From: an uncultured bacterium
GTDB lineage: Bacteria > JAGRBM01 > JAHCIT01
NCBI GenBank assembly: GCA_964621525.1
Contig: CAZUMS010000003.1
Coordinates: 37,129-101,128 of the forward strand
Direction of reading: 5' to 3'
Length of the DNA stretch: 64,000 nt
Shown here: positions 40,156 to 51,498 of the stretch, piece after piece
Layout: each line of letters starts with the position of its first letter
Numbering within the stretch: the first letter of the stretch is position 1
Position numbers and translations under genes: made by a program
The notes under the pieces: model-generated
Told to the model about the DNA's origin: nothing
The model's input: the letters and a program-made list of their open reading frames with translations, nothing else
Database searches by the model: none

Positions 40156-41121
40156 TCAGGAGAATACTGCCGGGTCCAGCTCGAACGGTTCCCGGCGGAG
40201 TTTCCGGTGCGAATACACCGGGAGGAGTTCCGCCGGGCTGGCCGGAACGGGCGCAGGAATCAGCCCCGCCGAGAAGGCGAGAAACCCGGTCACCCGGTCC
40301 GGCGTCCAGCCGGCTCCGAGCAGCCGGTCCAGGGAAATATCCCGTTCCCGCTTGGCGAATTTGCGGCCGCCCGGAGCCACGATCAGCGGAACGTGGAGAT
40401 AGTCCGGCGTCCGCCAGCCCATCGCCTGTTGCAGGGCGATCTGCCGGGCTGTGGAAGCGAGGAGATCCGCACCCCGGACAACGCAGGTGATGCCCATCAG
40501 TTCATCGTCGGTCACGACCGCGAGTTGGTAGCTCGCCACGCCGTCCCTGCGGAACACCACGAAATCTCCCGATGCCGCCTGGACGTCCTGGGACAGGGTG
40601 CCATAGAAACTGTCGGAGAACCGGATCTCGCCGCCCCCGGTACGGAACCGCCAGGCACAGGACTCCCCGTTCCGGACACGGCGCTCCGCTTCGGACGGGT
40701 CCATATGGCGGCAGGTGCCGGGATAGACCGGGCCGTCGTCCCCCGGTGCGGGCGCCCCGGCAGCCGTTTCGATCTCCCGGCGGCTGCAAAAACAGGGGTA
40801 GACGAGATTCCTCGCCCGGAGCGATTCGAGCACCTGCCGGTACACTCCGCTCCGGCCGCTCTGGAGATAAGGGCCATGTCCCACCGGCCGGTCGGGACCC
40901 TCGTCCCAGTCGAGGCCGAGCAGGCGGTAGTCGTCGGCGATGGCGCCGGAAAACTCCGGCCGCGAGCGGTCCGGGTCCAGGTCCTCGATGCGCAGGACGA
41001 TCCGGCCGCCCCGGGAACGGGCGTCCAGCCACGCAATGAGCGCGGTTCTCAGGTTTCCGATGTGCTGGCGGGCGGTGGGCGACGGGGCGAACCGGCCCAC
41101 GTATGGGCGCTCAACACTCAC
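40156..41121 (-). CDS. gluQ: glutamyl-Q tRNA(Asp) synthetase (truncated GluRS paralog)
   Basis: RFAPSPTARQHIGNLRTALIAW; class I HIGH-like region; ~320 aa lacking the anticodon-binding domain. Confidence 0.75.
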   Translation of the reverse strand: MSVERPYVGRFAPSPTARQHIGNLRTALIAWLDARSRGGRIVLRIEDLDPDRSRPEFSGAIADDYRLLGLDWDEGPDRPVGHGPYLQSGRSGVYRQVLESLRARNLVYPCFCSRREIETAAGAPAPGDDGPVYPGTCRHMDPSEAERRVRNGESCAWRFRTGGGEIRFSDSFYGTLSQDVQAASGDFVVFRRDGVASYQLAVVTDDELMGITCVVRGADLLASTARQIALQQAMGWRTPDYLHVPLIVAPGGRKFAKRERDISLDRLLGAGWTPDRVTGFLAFSAGLIPAPVPASPAELLPVYSHRKLRREPFELDPAVFS

Positions 41122-42122
41122 GCGGCCTTCTTCAGAACCTCGTCCACCATCTGTCCGGTAGTGGCGCCGCCGCCCATGTCGGCGGTAACGGCCTTTTTCT
41201 CTGTGACAACGGCGTCGATGGCAGCCTCAAGCTTCATGGCCAGCTTCCGTTCGTTCACATGGTCGAGGAGCATGACCGCCGTGCGGAGCACGCCGATGGG
41301 GTTCGCCCAGCCGGTGCCGCTCTTGTGCGGACGGGCCCCGTGAAACAGCTCGAACACGGCTGTTCCCGCGTCGCCGTAGTTGGCGCTCGCCACCGTGCCG
41401 GGTCCGCCGACGAGGCCCGCGCCGAGATCCGACAGGAGATCGCCGTAAAGGTTCGTCGTCAGGATGATGTCGTATTTCTGCGGCCGCTGGACCATCTGGA
41501 GCGAGGCATTGTCCACGATGAAGTCGCTAAACCGGATAAAGGGGGAATCCCCGGCAATGCGGCGTGCGGTGTCGAGAAAAAGTCCGTCCGACTTTTTCAT
41601 GATGTTCGCCTTGTGCACGCAGACGACCGACTGCCGCCCGTACCGCTTGGCGTAGTCGAAGGCGAACCGGGAAATACGTTCGCACGCCTTCTGCGTCGCC
41701 AGCTTGATCGTGATGACGACGCCCTGGGCCGCTTTGTGCTCGATGCCGGCGTATATGTCCTCCGTGTTTTCGCGAACCACGACGGCATCGATGCCGCGGA
41801 ATGCCTCGCGCACGCCGGGCAGGCTCTTGAGCGGCCGGACGTTGGCATAGAGGTTCAGGGCCTTGCGGAGCTGCACGTTCGGCGAGACGTACTTGACCCC
41901 GACTGCCGATTCGACCGGGCCCTTGAGGCAGACACGGTTCCGGCTGATCGATTCAACGAGTTCGGGCGGTACCGGATTCCCGGTCCGGTCGAAGGCGGAG
42001 CGGCCCATGTCGTGCACTTCCCATGCTGTTCCGGGGAGCAGGGCGTCAATCACGCGCCGCGCATGGCCCAGAAGTTCGGGACCGAGACCTTCGCCGGGAA
42101 CGTAGGTGATGGTGAGTGCCAT
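41118..42122 (-). CDS. isocitrate/isopropylmalate/homoisocitrate dehydrogenase family protein (334 aa)
   Basis: NLYANVRP, DAVVVRENTEDIYAGIEH, TTNLYGDLLSDLGAGLVGGPG (GDILSD-like) motifs. Confidence 0.8.
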   Translation of the reverse strand: MALTITYVPGEGLGPELLGHARRVIDALLPGTAWEVHDMGRSAFDRTGNPVPPELVESISRNRVCLKGPVESAVGVKYVSPNVQLRKALNLYANVRPLKSLPGVREAFRGIDAVVVRENTEDIYAGIEHKAAQGVVITIKLATQKACERISRFAFDYAKRYGRQSVVCVHKANIMKKSDGLFLDTARRIAGDSPFIRFSDFIVDNASLQMVQRPQKYDIILTTNLYGDLLSDLGAGLVGGPGTVASANYGDAGTAVFELFHGARPHKSGTGWANPIGVLRTAVMLLDHVNERKLAMKLEAAIDAVVTEKKAVTADMGGGATTGQMVDEVLKKAA

Positions 42123-42175
42123 AATGGCCCATTTTTACCACACCGGCCGCCGGGCCGGTAGGCGCAGAAAGAGAG

Positions 42176-42206
42176 AGGGGTGCAGACCGGCTTCCGGCCT
42201 GCACCC
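42176..42206 (-). terminator. hairpin (9-bp GC stem) downstream of the small minus-strand ORF
   Basis: ggggtgcag-accggcttccggc-ctgcacccc, followed on the minus strand by the pyrimidine-rich tract tctctctttctg. Confidence 0.4.
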
Positions 42207-42341
42207 CGAGAGAAAGAGAAAAAAAGGAGTTATGGAACAGCCCCGGACCGTTCTGCGGTTTTGGGGCCCGCAGACCGCCCCGGGGGCACTTATGCCCGGG
42301 TCAGGATGGGGACGGACTCTGCCGGGTCCGGCCGCCGGGCA

Positions 42342-42449
42342 TCAGCCGAAAATGACGATGTAGACCACAACGCCGATCAGGAGCGCGAAGTAGACCTTGG
42401 CCGACCAGGGGGCCTTCCGGCTTCTTGCGATCACCGAATTCTCGAACAT
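42342..42449 (-). CDS. unannotated 35-aa single-TM small protein
   Basis: Minus strand ggaggag SD 8 nt before ATG; MFENSVIARSRKAPWSAKVYFALLIGVVVYIVIFG; candidate -10 TATACT ~95 nt upstream; not in the ORF track (under 60 aa). Confidence 0.5.
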   Translation of the reverse strand: MFENSVIARSRKAPWSAKVYFALLIGVVVYIVIFG

Positions 42450-42700
42450 GCGTTCCACTCCTCCAGTCAGTCCCACGTATGGGTCTCTCTGCGGCAGGCC
42501 ACCTGGGGCCTTAAACGATCGGGGGACAGACCGGAACCAGTTTCAACCAATGCCGCCAGTATAGCTACAAGAAGCGTACCCTGAACAGCACTCGGCAAAC
42601 GGCTCCTTTTCAGCCGGAGCAGGCGGTTTTGAAAATCCGTGCTCCGGACTGTCAACAATCGGCGACACCTGCACGCATTGGGCTACCCGGCTTGCGGCAA

Positions 42701-45748
<3,048 letters not shown>

Positions 45749-45752
<4 letters not shown>

Positions 45753-46393
45753 GGCGCATCCCCCTTCAGGACCACACTGCCGGTGGCGGTGGAAATGCCC
45801 GAGCTGTTCCACAGGCGCCAGACGAGCTCGGTTTCCGGTGCCGGATCTTCCTCGTAGAACAGCACCCCTGAAACCCGTTCCCCCGGCAGGAGCCGCCGGG
45901 CTTCCAGTGCGTGATTGCCGAAATCGGCGATCCGCTCCCGGTTCGGACCTCCCTGCATCGAGAGTGTAAGGCGTTCGGCTGGTGCCCAGAGGACAAGCAG
46001 AAGAAGGCGTATGAGACCGTAGCCGTCGTAGTTCACCGGCCGGTGCCTCCACGAAGTCATCATCGCCGCCCTGAGCGGCGGGAGCGGGTGCACCCCGATG
46101 CGGGTCGAAGACAGTGTGAAATCCCACGGCTCGAGATCGACGGGCTCTTCGAGTCCGTTCAGCACGGCGACGTGAACCGCAAGGACATGGTCGCTCGTGC
46201 CGGAGTCCCATTCGTTCTCGCCAAGTAGCCGGGCTTCAACCCTGACAGAACCGGCCGGGGGTTTTCCGGCCTCTGCCGCCGGGAGCCGGAGCGGCGCATA
46301 ACCGCACCCCGTCACGAGGCAGGCGGCAAATACCAGCGGAATCAGGAGACGTTTCACAAAGCCTATCGTTGCCGGAACGGTTCCGGCACGCAA
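45749..46393 (-). CDS. lipoprotein (~200 aa), unknown function
   Basis: VKRLLIPLVFAACLVTGCG lipobox; start ambiguous (TTG per track or internal GTG). Confidence 0.5.
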
Positions 46394-46412
46394 CTATTGA
46401 GATGGAAACCCG

Positions 46413-48242
46413 ATGGACCGACCTGTACCCGCCGCGCTGCCGGAATCCGTTCCGGCCCTGACCCGCCTCGACCGGCTGATCCTCCTTGCCGGGGCGGCAG
46501 TTTATCTCGCACTCCTGCCACTGGCGTTCGGCCGGGCCGGGGACGCTGTGGTCGATTCCTTTCACGATCTCGTGACCGTCATGCGGATCTCGCACGGCGA
46601 AGTCCTCTATCGGGATATCGCCTTCCTGTATGGCCCCATGGGGCCGCTTACGGTCTGGCTCTGGACGGCGCTGGCGGGGCTCACCGTGAAATCCTACCTC
46701 GTCCTGTGCGCCCTGCTCGCCGCGGCGGAGCTCTGGCTCGCCCTGAAAATAGCCCGGCGCTACCTCGCCCCCCTGGGTTGCCTGCTGCTTTTGCTCGCCC
46801 TCCTCTTCGGCTTCACGTTTCAAAGCGAACTGTTCTCCAGGCTCATGCCCTATTCGTTCTCGGCGTTTCTGGCCGCGACAGGTTTCCTGCTGTTTCTGGA
46901 CCGGCTTCTGGCCGCGCGTGAAGGCAGCCTGATCGCCGCCTTCACGGGGGGCCTCGTCGCCGGGCTCCTGCTCCATACGAAGCTCGAATTCGGCCTGGCG
47001 GCGCTCGGAACCGCCGGACTGGATCTCGCGACCGAACGTATTTTTTACCGCCGGCACGAACCGGTCACCCGCCACCAGCCGCACCTTTGGGCCGGAATTC
47101 TGCTGGGAGCTGGATTCGGCTTCATCGTCGTGAACTCCCTTGGAGCTTCACTTTCCGACTATGCCGTGAACGTCGACCCGAGACCGTTCCTTTCAAGTCC
47201 AGCCGGAAAGGCGCTTGCCCGGACCGCCGGCGGAATTTCCTCCTTTGCAGGTTTCCTGAATTTCCTCCGTCAGGCGGGGGTTTCCCTCGCCCTCGCCGTT
47301 ATGCCCGCCGCCTTCGTCTGGTGGGCGGGAACCCGAAACCACCGCTCCGCTCTCCTCTCCGCCGTTCTTGCCGGCGTCTTCCTTCTGGCGGCAGCAGGCG
47401 CGCCGGGGGGATTCGGCGCTGCACTGGAGATCGCCGCGGACTACACCATACTGGCCGGTGTGATCCCACTGCTGCTGCTTGCAGCAGCTGCACTCGCCCG
47501 GGACCGGCAGGATCTCGAGCCCGGAGGACGCACAAAATTTATTCTCGCCGCCGCCGGACTCGCCCTGCTCGCGAGAACCCCGAACGCGCTGTCCCCCGGC
47601 CTGTTCGGGGCATTCTACCTGCTGCCGGGCACGGTACTCGCCGTCAGCCTGTCGGGCTGGTGGGGATGCTGGTTCTCGGACTCCAGTCCTCGCCGGTCCG
47701 GCCAGGCCGTCGCCGCCGGGCTGCTGGTGTTCTGCCTGCCCGGATTCGTGCAGAACCTCGACCGGTTCCGGTTCAAGGAGTATGCGCCCGCCGAGGACCT
47801 GATGCCGTTCGCCACCGACGGACGGCGAGCCAAAGTGATCGGAGAGACCATTGCCTTCCTGCGAACACGGATGAAACCCGGCGACCCGTTTGCCGCCCTT
47901 CCGCAAGAACCGGTCCTCTACTTTGCCCTTGAGGCAAAACCCGTGTTCCCGGATCACAACTTCATCGCTCATGTGGTGCGAGGAGAACCGATGGAGCAGC
48001 TCGCCCGGCAGCTAGAGAGCACACTCCCCGCCTACGTGGCGGTGAGCAACCGCGCCTATCGCGAGGGTGGGCTTGGTGGGTTTGGAACCACTTACGCCCG
48101 GGAGATCCAGGAAGTTCTCAGCCGCCGTTACCGGGTGGCAAAAACCTTCGGCTCGCCGTCGATACCTCCCGGCCATGTCTCCACCGGCGGACTCGGGGAC
48201 CCGCTCTATGCAATTACGGTCTGGGAACTGAAGCCCGATTGA
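46413..48242 (+). CDS. polytopic membrane protein, possible GT-C-fold (ArnT/PMT-like) glycosyltransferase
   Basis: 609 aa; more than 10 predicted TM helices with aromatic-rich early loops (DAVVDSFHD...LYRDIAFLYGPMGP), then a ~150-aa soluble C-terminal domain. Confidence 0.35.
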   Translation: MDRPVPAALPESVPALTRLDRLILLAGAAVYLALLPLAFGRAGDAVVDSFHDLVTVMRISHGEVLYRDIAFLYGPMGPLTVWLWTALAGLTVKSYLVLCALLAAAELWLALKIARRYLAPLGCLLLLLALLFGFTFQSELFSRLMPYSFSAFLAATGFLLFLDRLLAAREGSLIAAFTGGLVAGLLLHTKLEFGLAALGTAGLDLATERIFYRRHEPVTRHQPHLWAGILLGAGFGFIVVNSLGASLSDYAVNVDPRPFLSSPAGKALARTAGGISSFAGFLNFLRQAGVSLALAVMPAAFVWWAGTRNHRSALLSAVLAGVFLLAAAGAPGGFGAALEIAADYTILAGVIPLLLLAAAALARDRQDLEPGGRTKFILAAAGLALLARTPNALSPGLFGAFYLLPGTVLAVSLSGWWGCWFSDSSPRRSGQAVAAGLLVFCLPGFVQNLDRFRFKEYAPAEDLMPFATDGRRAKVIGETIAFLRTRMKPGDPFAALPQEPVLYFALEAKPVFPDHNFIAHVVRGEPMEQLARQLESTLPAYVAVSNRAYREGGLGGFGTTYAREIQEVLSRRYRVAKTFGSPSIPPGHVSTGGLGDPLYAITVWELKPD

Positions 48243-48251
48243 CGGCCGGAA

Positions 48252-48764
48252 TCATTCTTCGGGGATGCCGTACTCAGCGAGCAGCTGGGTCAGCCGCTCG
48301 ATGTTCACGAACTCGATGGGCGAGCCTTCCACGATCTTGTGGACGTCGGCCGTGAAGTAGTCGGTCGTGATGAACACGCCCTTGAGGCCCCGCTCACCAC
48401 GGACCGAGCTTTTCAGCTCCTCGACCCGCTCGGCGGTCACAGGCTCGTCGCTCATGACACAATGGAAAATCACGAGTCCCGAGGCGAGCCCTGCCGGTAG
48501 CGAGGCGAACACCTCGAACTCGTTGTCGTCGGACCGCTCGATTTTCTGGACGTTCATCCCCTGCGCGAGAGCAAGCTGACGGACGGCCTCGGCGAAGGTT
48601 TCAAGCGACGAGAACCGGCGGAACCGGCCCTTGTCCGGAGGAGCGTCGGTGCCGCCGCCCTCGCCCCCATCCTCGCGGAGCACAGGTACAGGATGCCGCC
48701 CGGCAATGGCGATCAGGACAAACCCCAGCAGGAGTCCTCCGATCATCAGATACACAACGCTCAT
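48252..48764 (-). CDS. membrane-anchored restriction-endonuclease-like (Mrr_cat-like) domain protein
   Basis: N-terminal TM MSVVYLMIGGLLLGFVLIAIA; C-terminal DNEFEVFA...VIFHCVMSDEPVTAERVEELKSSVRGERGLKGVFITTDYFTADV resembles Mrr_cat, but the expected (Q/E)xK is HCV here. Confidence 0.4.
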   Translation of the reverse strand: MSVVYLMIGGLLLGFVLIAIAGRHPVPVLREDGGEGGGTDAPPDKGRFRRFSSLETFAEAVRQLALAQGMNVQKIERSDDNEFEVFASLPAGLASGLVIFHCVMSDEPVTAERVEELKSSVRGERGLKGVFITTDYFTADVHKIVEGSPIEFVNIERLTQLLAEYGIPEE

Positions 48765-48828
48765 CCCGAAACCTCGCTGTACCTAATTATATCCCACCGG
48801 CGGCGGCGACTTCTCCGGTCTGCCCCAT

Positions 48829-48858
48829 GAAAAAGGCCCGCTCGCTGCGGGCCTTTTC
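48829..48858 (-). terminator. Rho-independent terminator after the small membrane-protein gene
   Basis: aaaaggcccg-ctcgctg-cgggcctttt: perfect 9-10 bp stem with A/T runs on both sides. Confidence 0.7.
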
Positions 48859-48881
48859 CGGCGGTGCGGCCCGGTAACGGG

Positions 48882-49133
48882 TTATTCGCACATTTCCTTG
48901 TACATCTCGGCTCGGCGGCCCTCGCGAATCAGCTGATCCGCCCGGAAACCCTGCCGCAGGGAAGTCCAGATCGTGCCGTTCACGAGGAAAATCATGCCGA
49001 CGATCGGAATATTGTCGCCCTTCTTCACGATCAGGAGGAAGTTGTGGCTGTAAATACAGCCGGCAATGAGGCCGATCAGCAGGGCCACATTGAAGACGAT
49101 CATGGAAATATCGAGCGCTTTGATCCGGTCCAT
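48882..49133 (-). CDS. small 2-TM membrane protein (83 aa), unknown
   Basis: MDRIKALDISMIVFNVALLIGLIAGCIYSHNFLLIVKKGDNIPIVGMIFLVNGTIW...; reduced GC relative to neighbours. Confidence 0.5.
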   Translation of the reverse strand: MDRIKALDISMIVFNVALLIGLIAGCIYSHNFLLIVKKGDNIPIVGMIFLVNGTIWTSLRQGFRADQLIREGRRAEMYKEMCE

Positions 49134-49364
49134 CGTCTGTTTTCTCCCCGAAAGGGTCTCTGCCCGGCTTACTGAACCCTGAATAACGGGTCCGAGGGCC
49201 AGCGGGCGTTTTGTGATGTACCCACCGGGGCAAAATCAAGGGCATAAGGAAAGGGTTTCCAGGATGAAAAACCGGTGGAATCCGGCAGGGGTCCGGGGGT
49301 GGCCATACAGGCCAGGTAGCGGTTATAGGGGACGCGGGGCGCCAATAGGCCCCGGAGCACCGGT

Positions 49365-51452
49365 TTGTTCGAGCGAATCCTGGAAATCCTGCAGGCCCAG
49401 CCCCCCGAGGTCCTGATTGCCATCATGGTAGGCATCCTGCTCGCCTGCGGGCTGGGACTCCCGATGCCCGAGGACATCGTCCTCGTAACGACGGGCTACC
49501 TTGCCTACAACGGACTGCTCGATTTCCGGTGGGAGGTTGTCCCTGACGGCTATCACGAAGGATTGTTGATCGGCATAGCCGCGACGCTGCTGGGTGTTCT
49601 GGGCGGGGACCTGATCATTTTCTCCCTCGGCAGCCGGTACGGGACCCACATCCTCGACTTCAGGCCGGTCAAAAAGATCGCCACCCGGGAGCGGATCGAG
49701 GCCGCTGAATACTACTTCGAAAAATACGGGGCCAGGTTCATTTTCGTCGGCCGCTTCATGGCCGGAGTCCGGGCGCCGATGTTCCTGACAGCAGGCATGC
49801 TCAAGGTTCCGATGCGGACGTTTATCCTTTACGACGGAATCTCGGCACTCTTCAGCGTCCCGCTTCTCGTCTGGGTGGGATTCCACTTCGGCGAGGACAT
49901 CAACGATGCCTTCCGGGCAGCCAAGAAGGCGCAGAACACGATCCTCTACCTGTTCGCTGCCGTGGGACTCTATTTCCTCGTCCGCTATATCCTCCGGGTC
50001 ACGGGCGTCCTCAGGGAGAAACTGATCGTCGATCCGGCTGCGGAGAAATTCGAGCAGCAGCACCCCTCGGACGGCGAAAAACCCTTCATTCTGACCCCCG
50101 GTTTCGGGAAAGGCGCAAACCACATGAGCATTTTCAAGGCATACGACATCCGGGGCGTCGTTCCCGGCGAGCTGGACGAACGGCTCGCCCGGCGTATCGG
50201 GATGGCTGTGGTGGATTTTCTCAAGGTGGACCGGCTCTGCGTCTGCCGCGACGTGCGAGCAACGGGGGATGCGATCTTCGAAGCCTTCGCCGCGGGCTGC
50301 CGCCACCGGGGAGCGGATGTCTACGATATCGGCCGGGGGACGACCCCGCTGCTCAATTTCATGGTCGGCCGGCACGCCTTCCCCGCCGGAGTCATGATTA
50401 CCGCCAGCCATAATCCGCCCCAGTACAACGGCTTCAAGATCTGCCGCTCGGGCGCGGTGCCGGTTTATGATGCCGAAATCCGCACCATCGGCGAGATGGC
50501 CCTCGAACCGGCCGAACCCTCTGCAGCACCGGCCGCCGGGAAGATCGTACCGTTCCAGGACCGGGAGCCTTACTACGCGGCGATCCGGGCAAAGATCCGG
50601 AGCGGCGGCCGCCGGCTGAAAGTCGTCGTCGACATGTCGAATGGTGCAGCAACGACAGTGACACCCGCTCTCCTGCCGCTCCTTCCCCACGACATCGTCG
50701 TCATCAACGGCGAGCCGGACGGCACGTTCCCGAACCACGAACCCGATCCGCTCAAGGAAGAGAACCTCGAGCAGTGCCGCCGGAAAGTGATCGCCGAAAA
50801 GGCCGACCTTGGTGCCGTGTTCGATGGCGATGCGGACCGGCTGGTGTTCCTGGACGAGACGGGCCGGACCGTGACGGGCGATATCGCGACGCTCCTCATG
50901 GCGCTGAACCTGATCGGCGGCCGCGCGGGAGAAACCGTCCTCTACGACGTCCGTTCCTCGTGGACCGTCCGGGAGGAACTGCTCAAAGTGAAGGCTAAAC
51001 CCGACGTCTGCCGCGTGGGCCACGCCTTCATCAAGATGGCCATGCGCGAACGTGACGCCCTGTGCGCCGGAGAGCTGTCCGGGCACTACTACTTCCGGGA
51101 CAATTTCTACGCCGAAAATACCGACCTCGCCCTGCTCCTCATCCTGAACCAGCTCGCCTTCTCGGACGAGCCGCTCAGCCGGATTGCGGGCCGCTATCGC
51201 CGCTACCACGCCTCGGGGGAGATCAATTCGGAAGTGGCCGACAAAGCGGCTATGATCGCCGGCATCAAGGAGCGTTACGGGGCCAGGGGCCGGGTATCCG
51301 AAGTGGACGGTCTCACGGTCGAATTCGACGACTGGTGGTTCAACCTGAGGCCGTCGAACACCGAGCCGCTCCTGCGCCTGAACGTCGAGGCGAAGACGGC
51401 GGACCGGCTCAGGGAAAAGACGGACGAGCTCCTGAAGACCATCCGGGCTTGA
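49365..51452 (+). CDS. fusion ORF: N-terminal DedA/SNARE-associated (TVP38/TMEM64) membrane domain plus C-terminal phosphomannomutase/phosphoglucomutase
   Basis: Residues 1-215: DedA signature ACGLGLPMPEDIVLVTTGYLAYNG, FIFVGRFMAGVRAPMFLTAG. From residue 254 (nt 50124): MSIFKAYDIRGVVPGEL, active-site TASHNPPQYNGFK, DGDADR. No in-frame stop between the two parts. Confidence 0.7.
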   Translation: MFERILEILQAQPPEVLIAIMVGILLACGLGLPMPEDIVLVTTGYLAYNGLLDFRWEVVPDGYHEGLLIGIAATLLGVLGGDLIIFSLGSRYGTHILDFRPVKKIATRERIEAAEYYFEKYGARFIFVGRFMAGVRAPMFLTAGMLKVPMRTFILYDGISALFSVPLLVWVGFHFGEDINDAFRAAKKAQNTILYLFAAVGLYFLVRYILRVTGVLREKLIVDPAAEKFEQQHPSDGEKPFILTPGFGKGANHMSIFKAYDIRGVVPGELDERLARRIGMAVVDFLKVDRLCVCRDVRATGDAIFEAFAAGCRHRGADVYDIGRGTTPLLNFMVGRHAFPAGVMITASHNPPQYNGFKICRSGAVPVYDAEIRTIGEMALEPAEPSAAPAAGKIVPFQDREPYYAAIRAKIRSGGRRLKVVVDMSNGAATTVTPALLPLLPHDIVVINGEPDGTFPNHEPDPLKEENLEQCRRKVIAEKADLGAVFDGDADRLVFLDETGRTVTGDIATLLMALNLIGGRAGETVLYDVRSSWTVREELLKVKAKPDVCRVGHAFIKMAMRERDALCAGELSGHYYFRDNFYAENTDLALLLILNQLAFSDEPLSRIAGRYRRYHASGEINSEVADKAAMIAGIKERYGARGRVSEVDGLTVEFDDWWFNLRPSNTEPLLRLNVEAKTADRLREKTDELLKTIRA

Positions 51453-51498
51453 CGCCCCGGTCCGGGAGCGGCCCGGACTCCCGCACCGGGCGGAGCAT

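Noticed and set aside
42106-42363. Plus-strand 85-aa ORF, and the internal 42-codon frame with a perfect AAGGAG-4nt-ATG
   Set aside because: G/P-rich, modest GC3, overlaps the better-supported minus-strand 35-aa ORF; retained only as a note under the findings.
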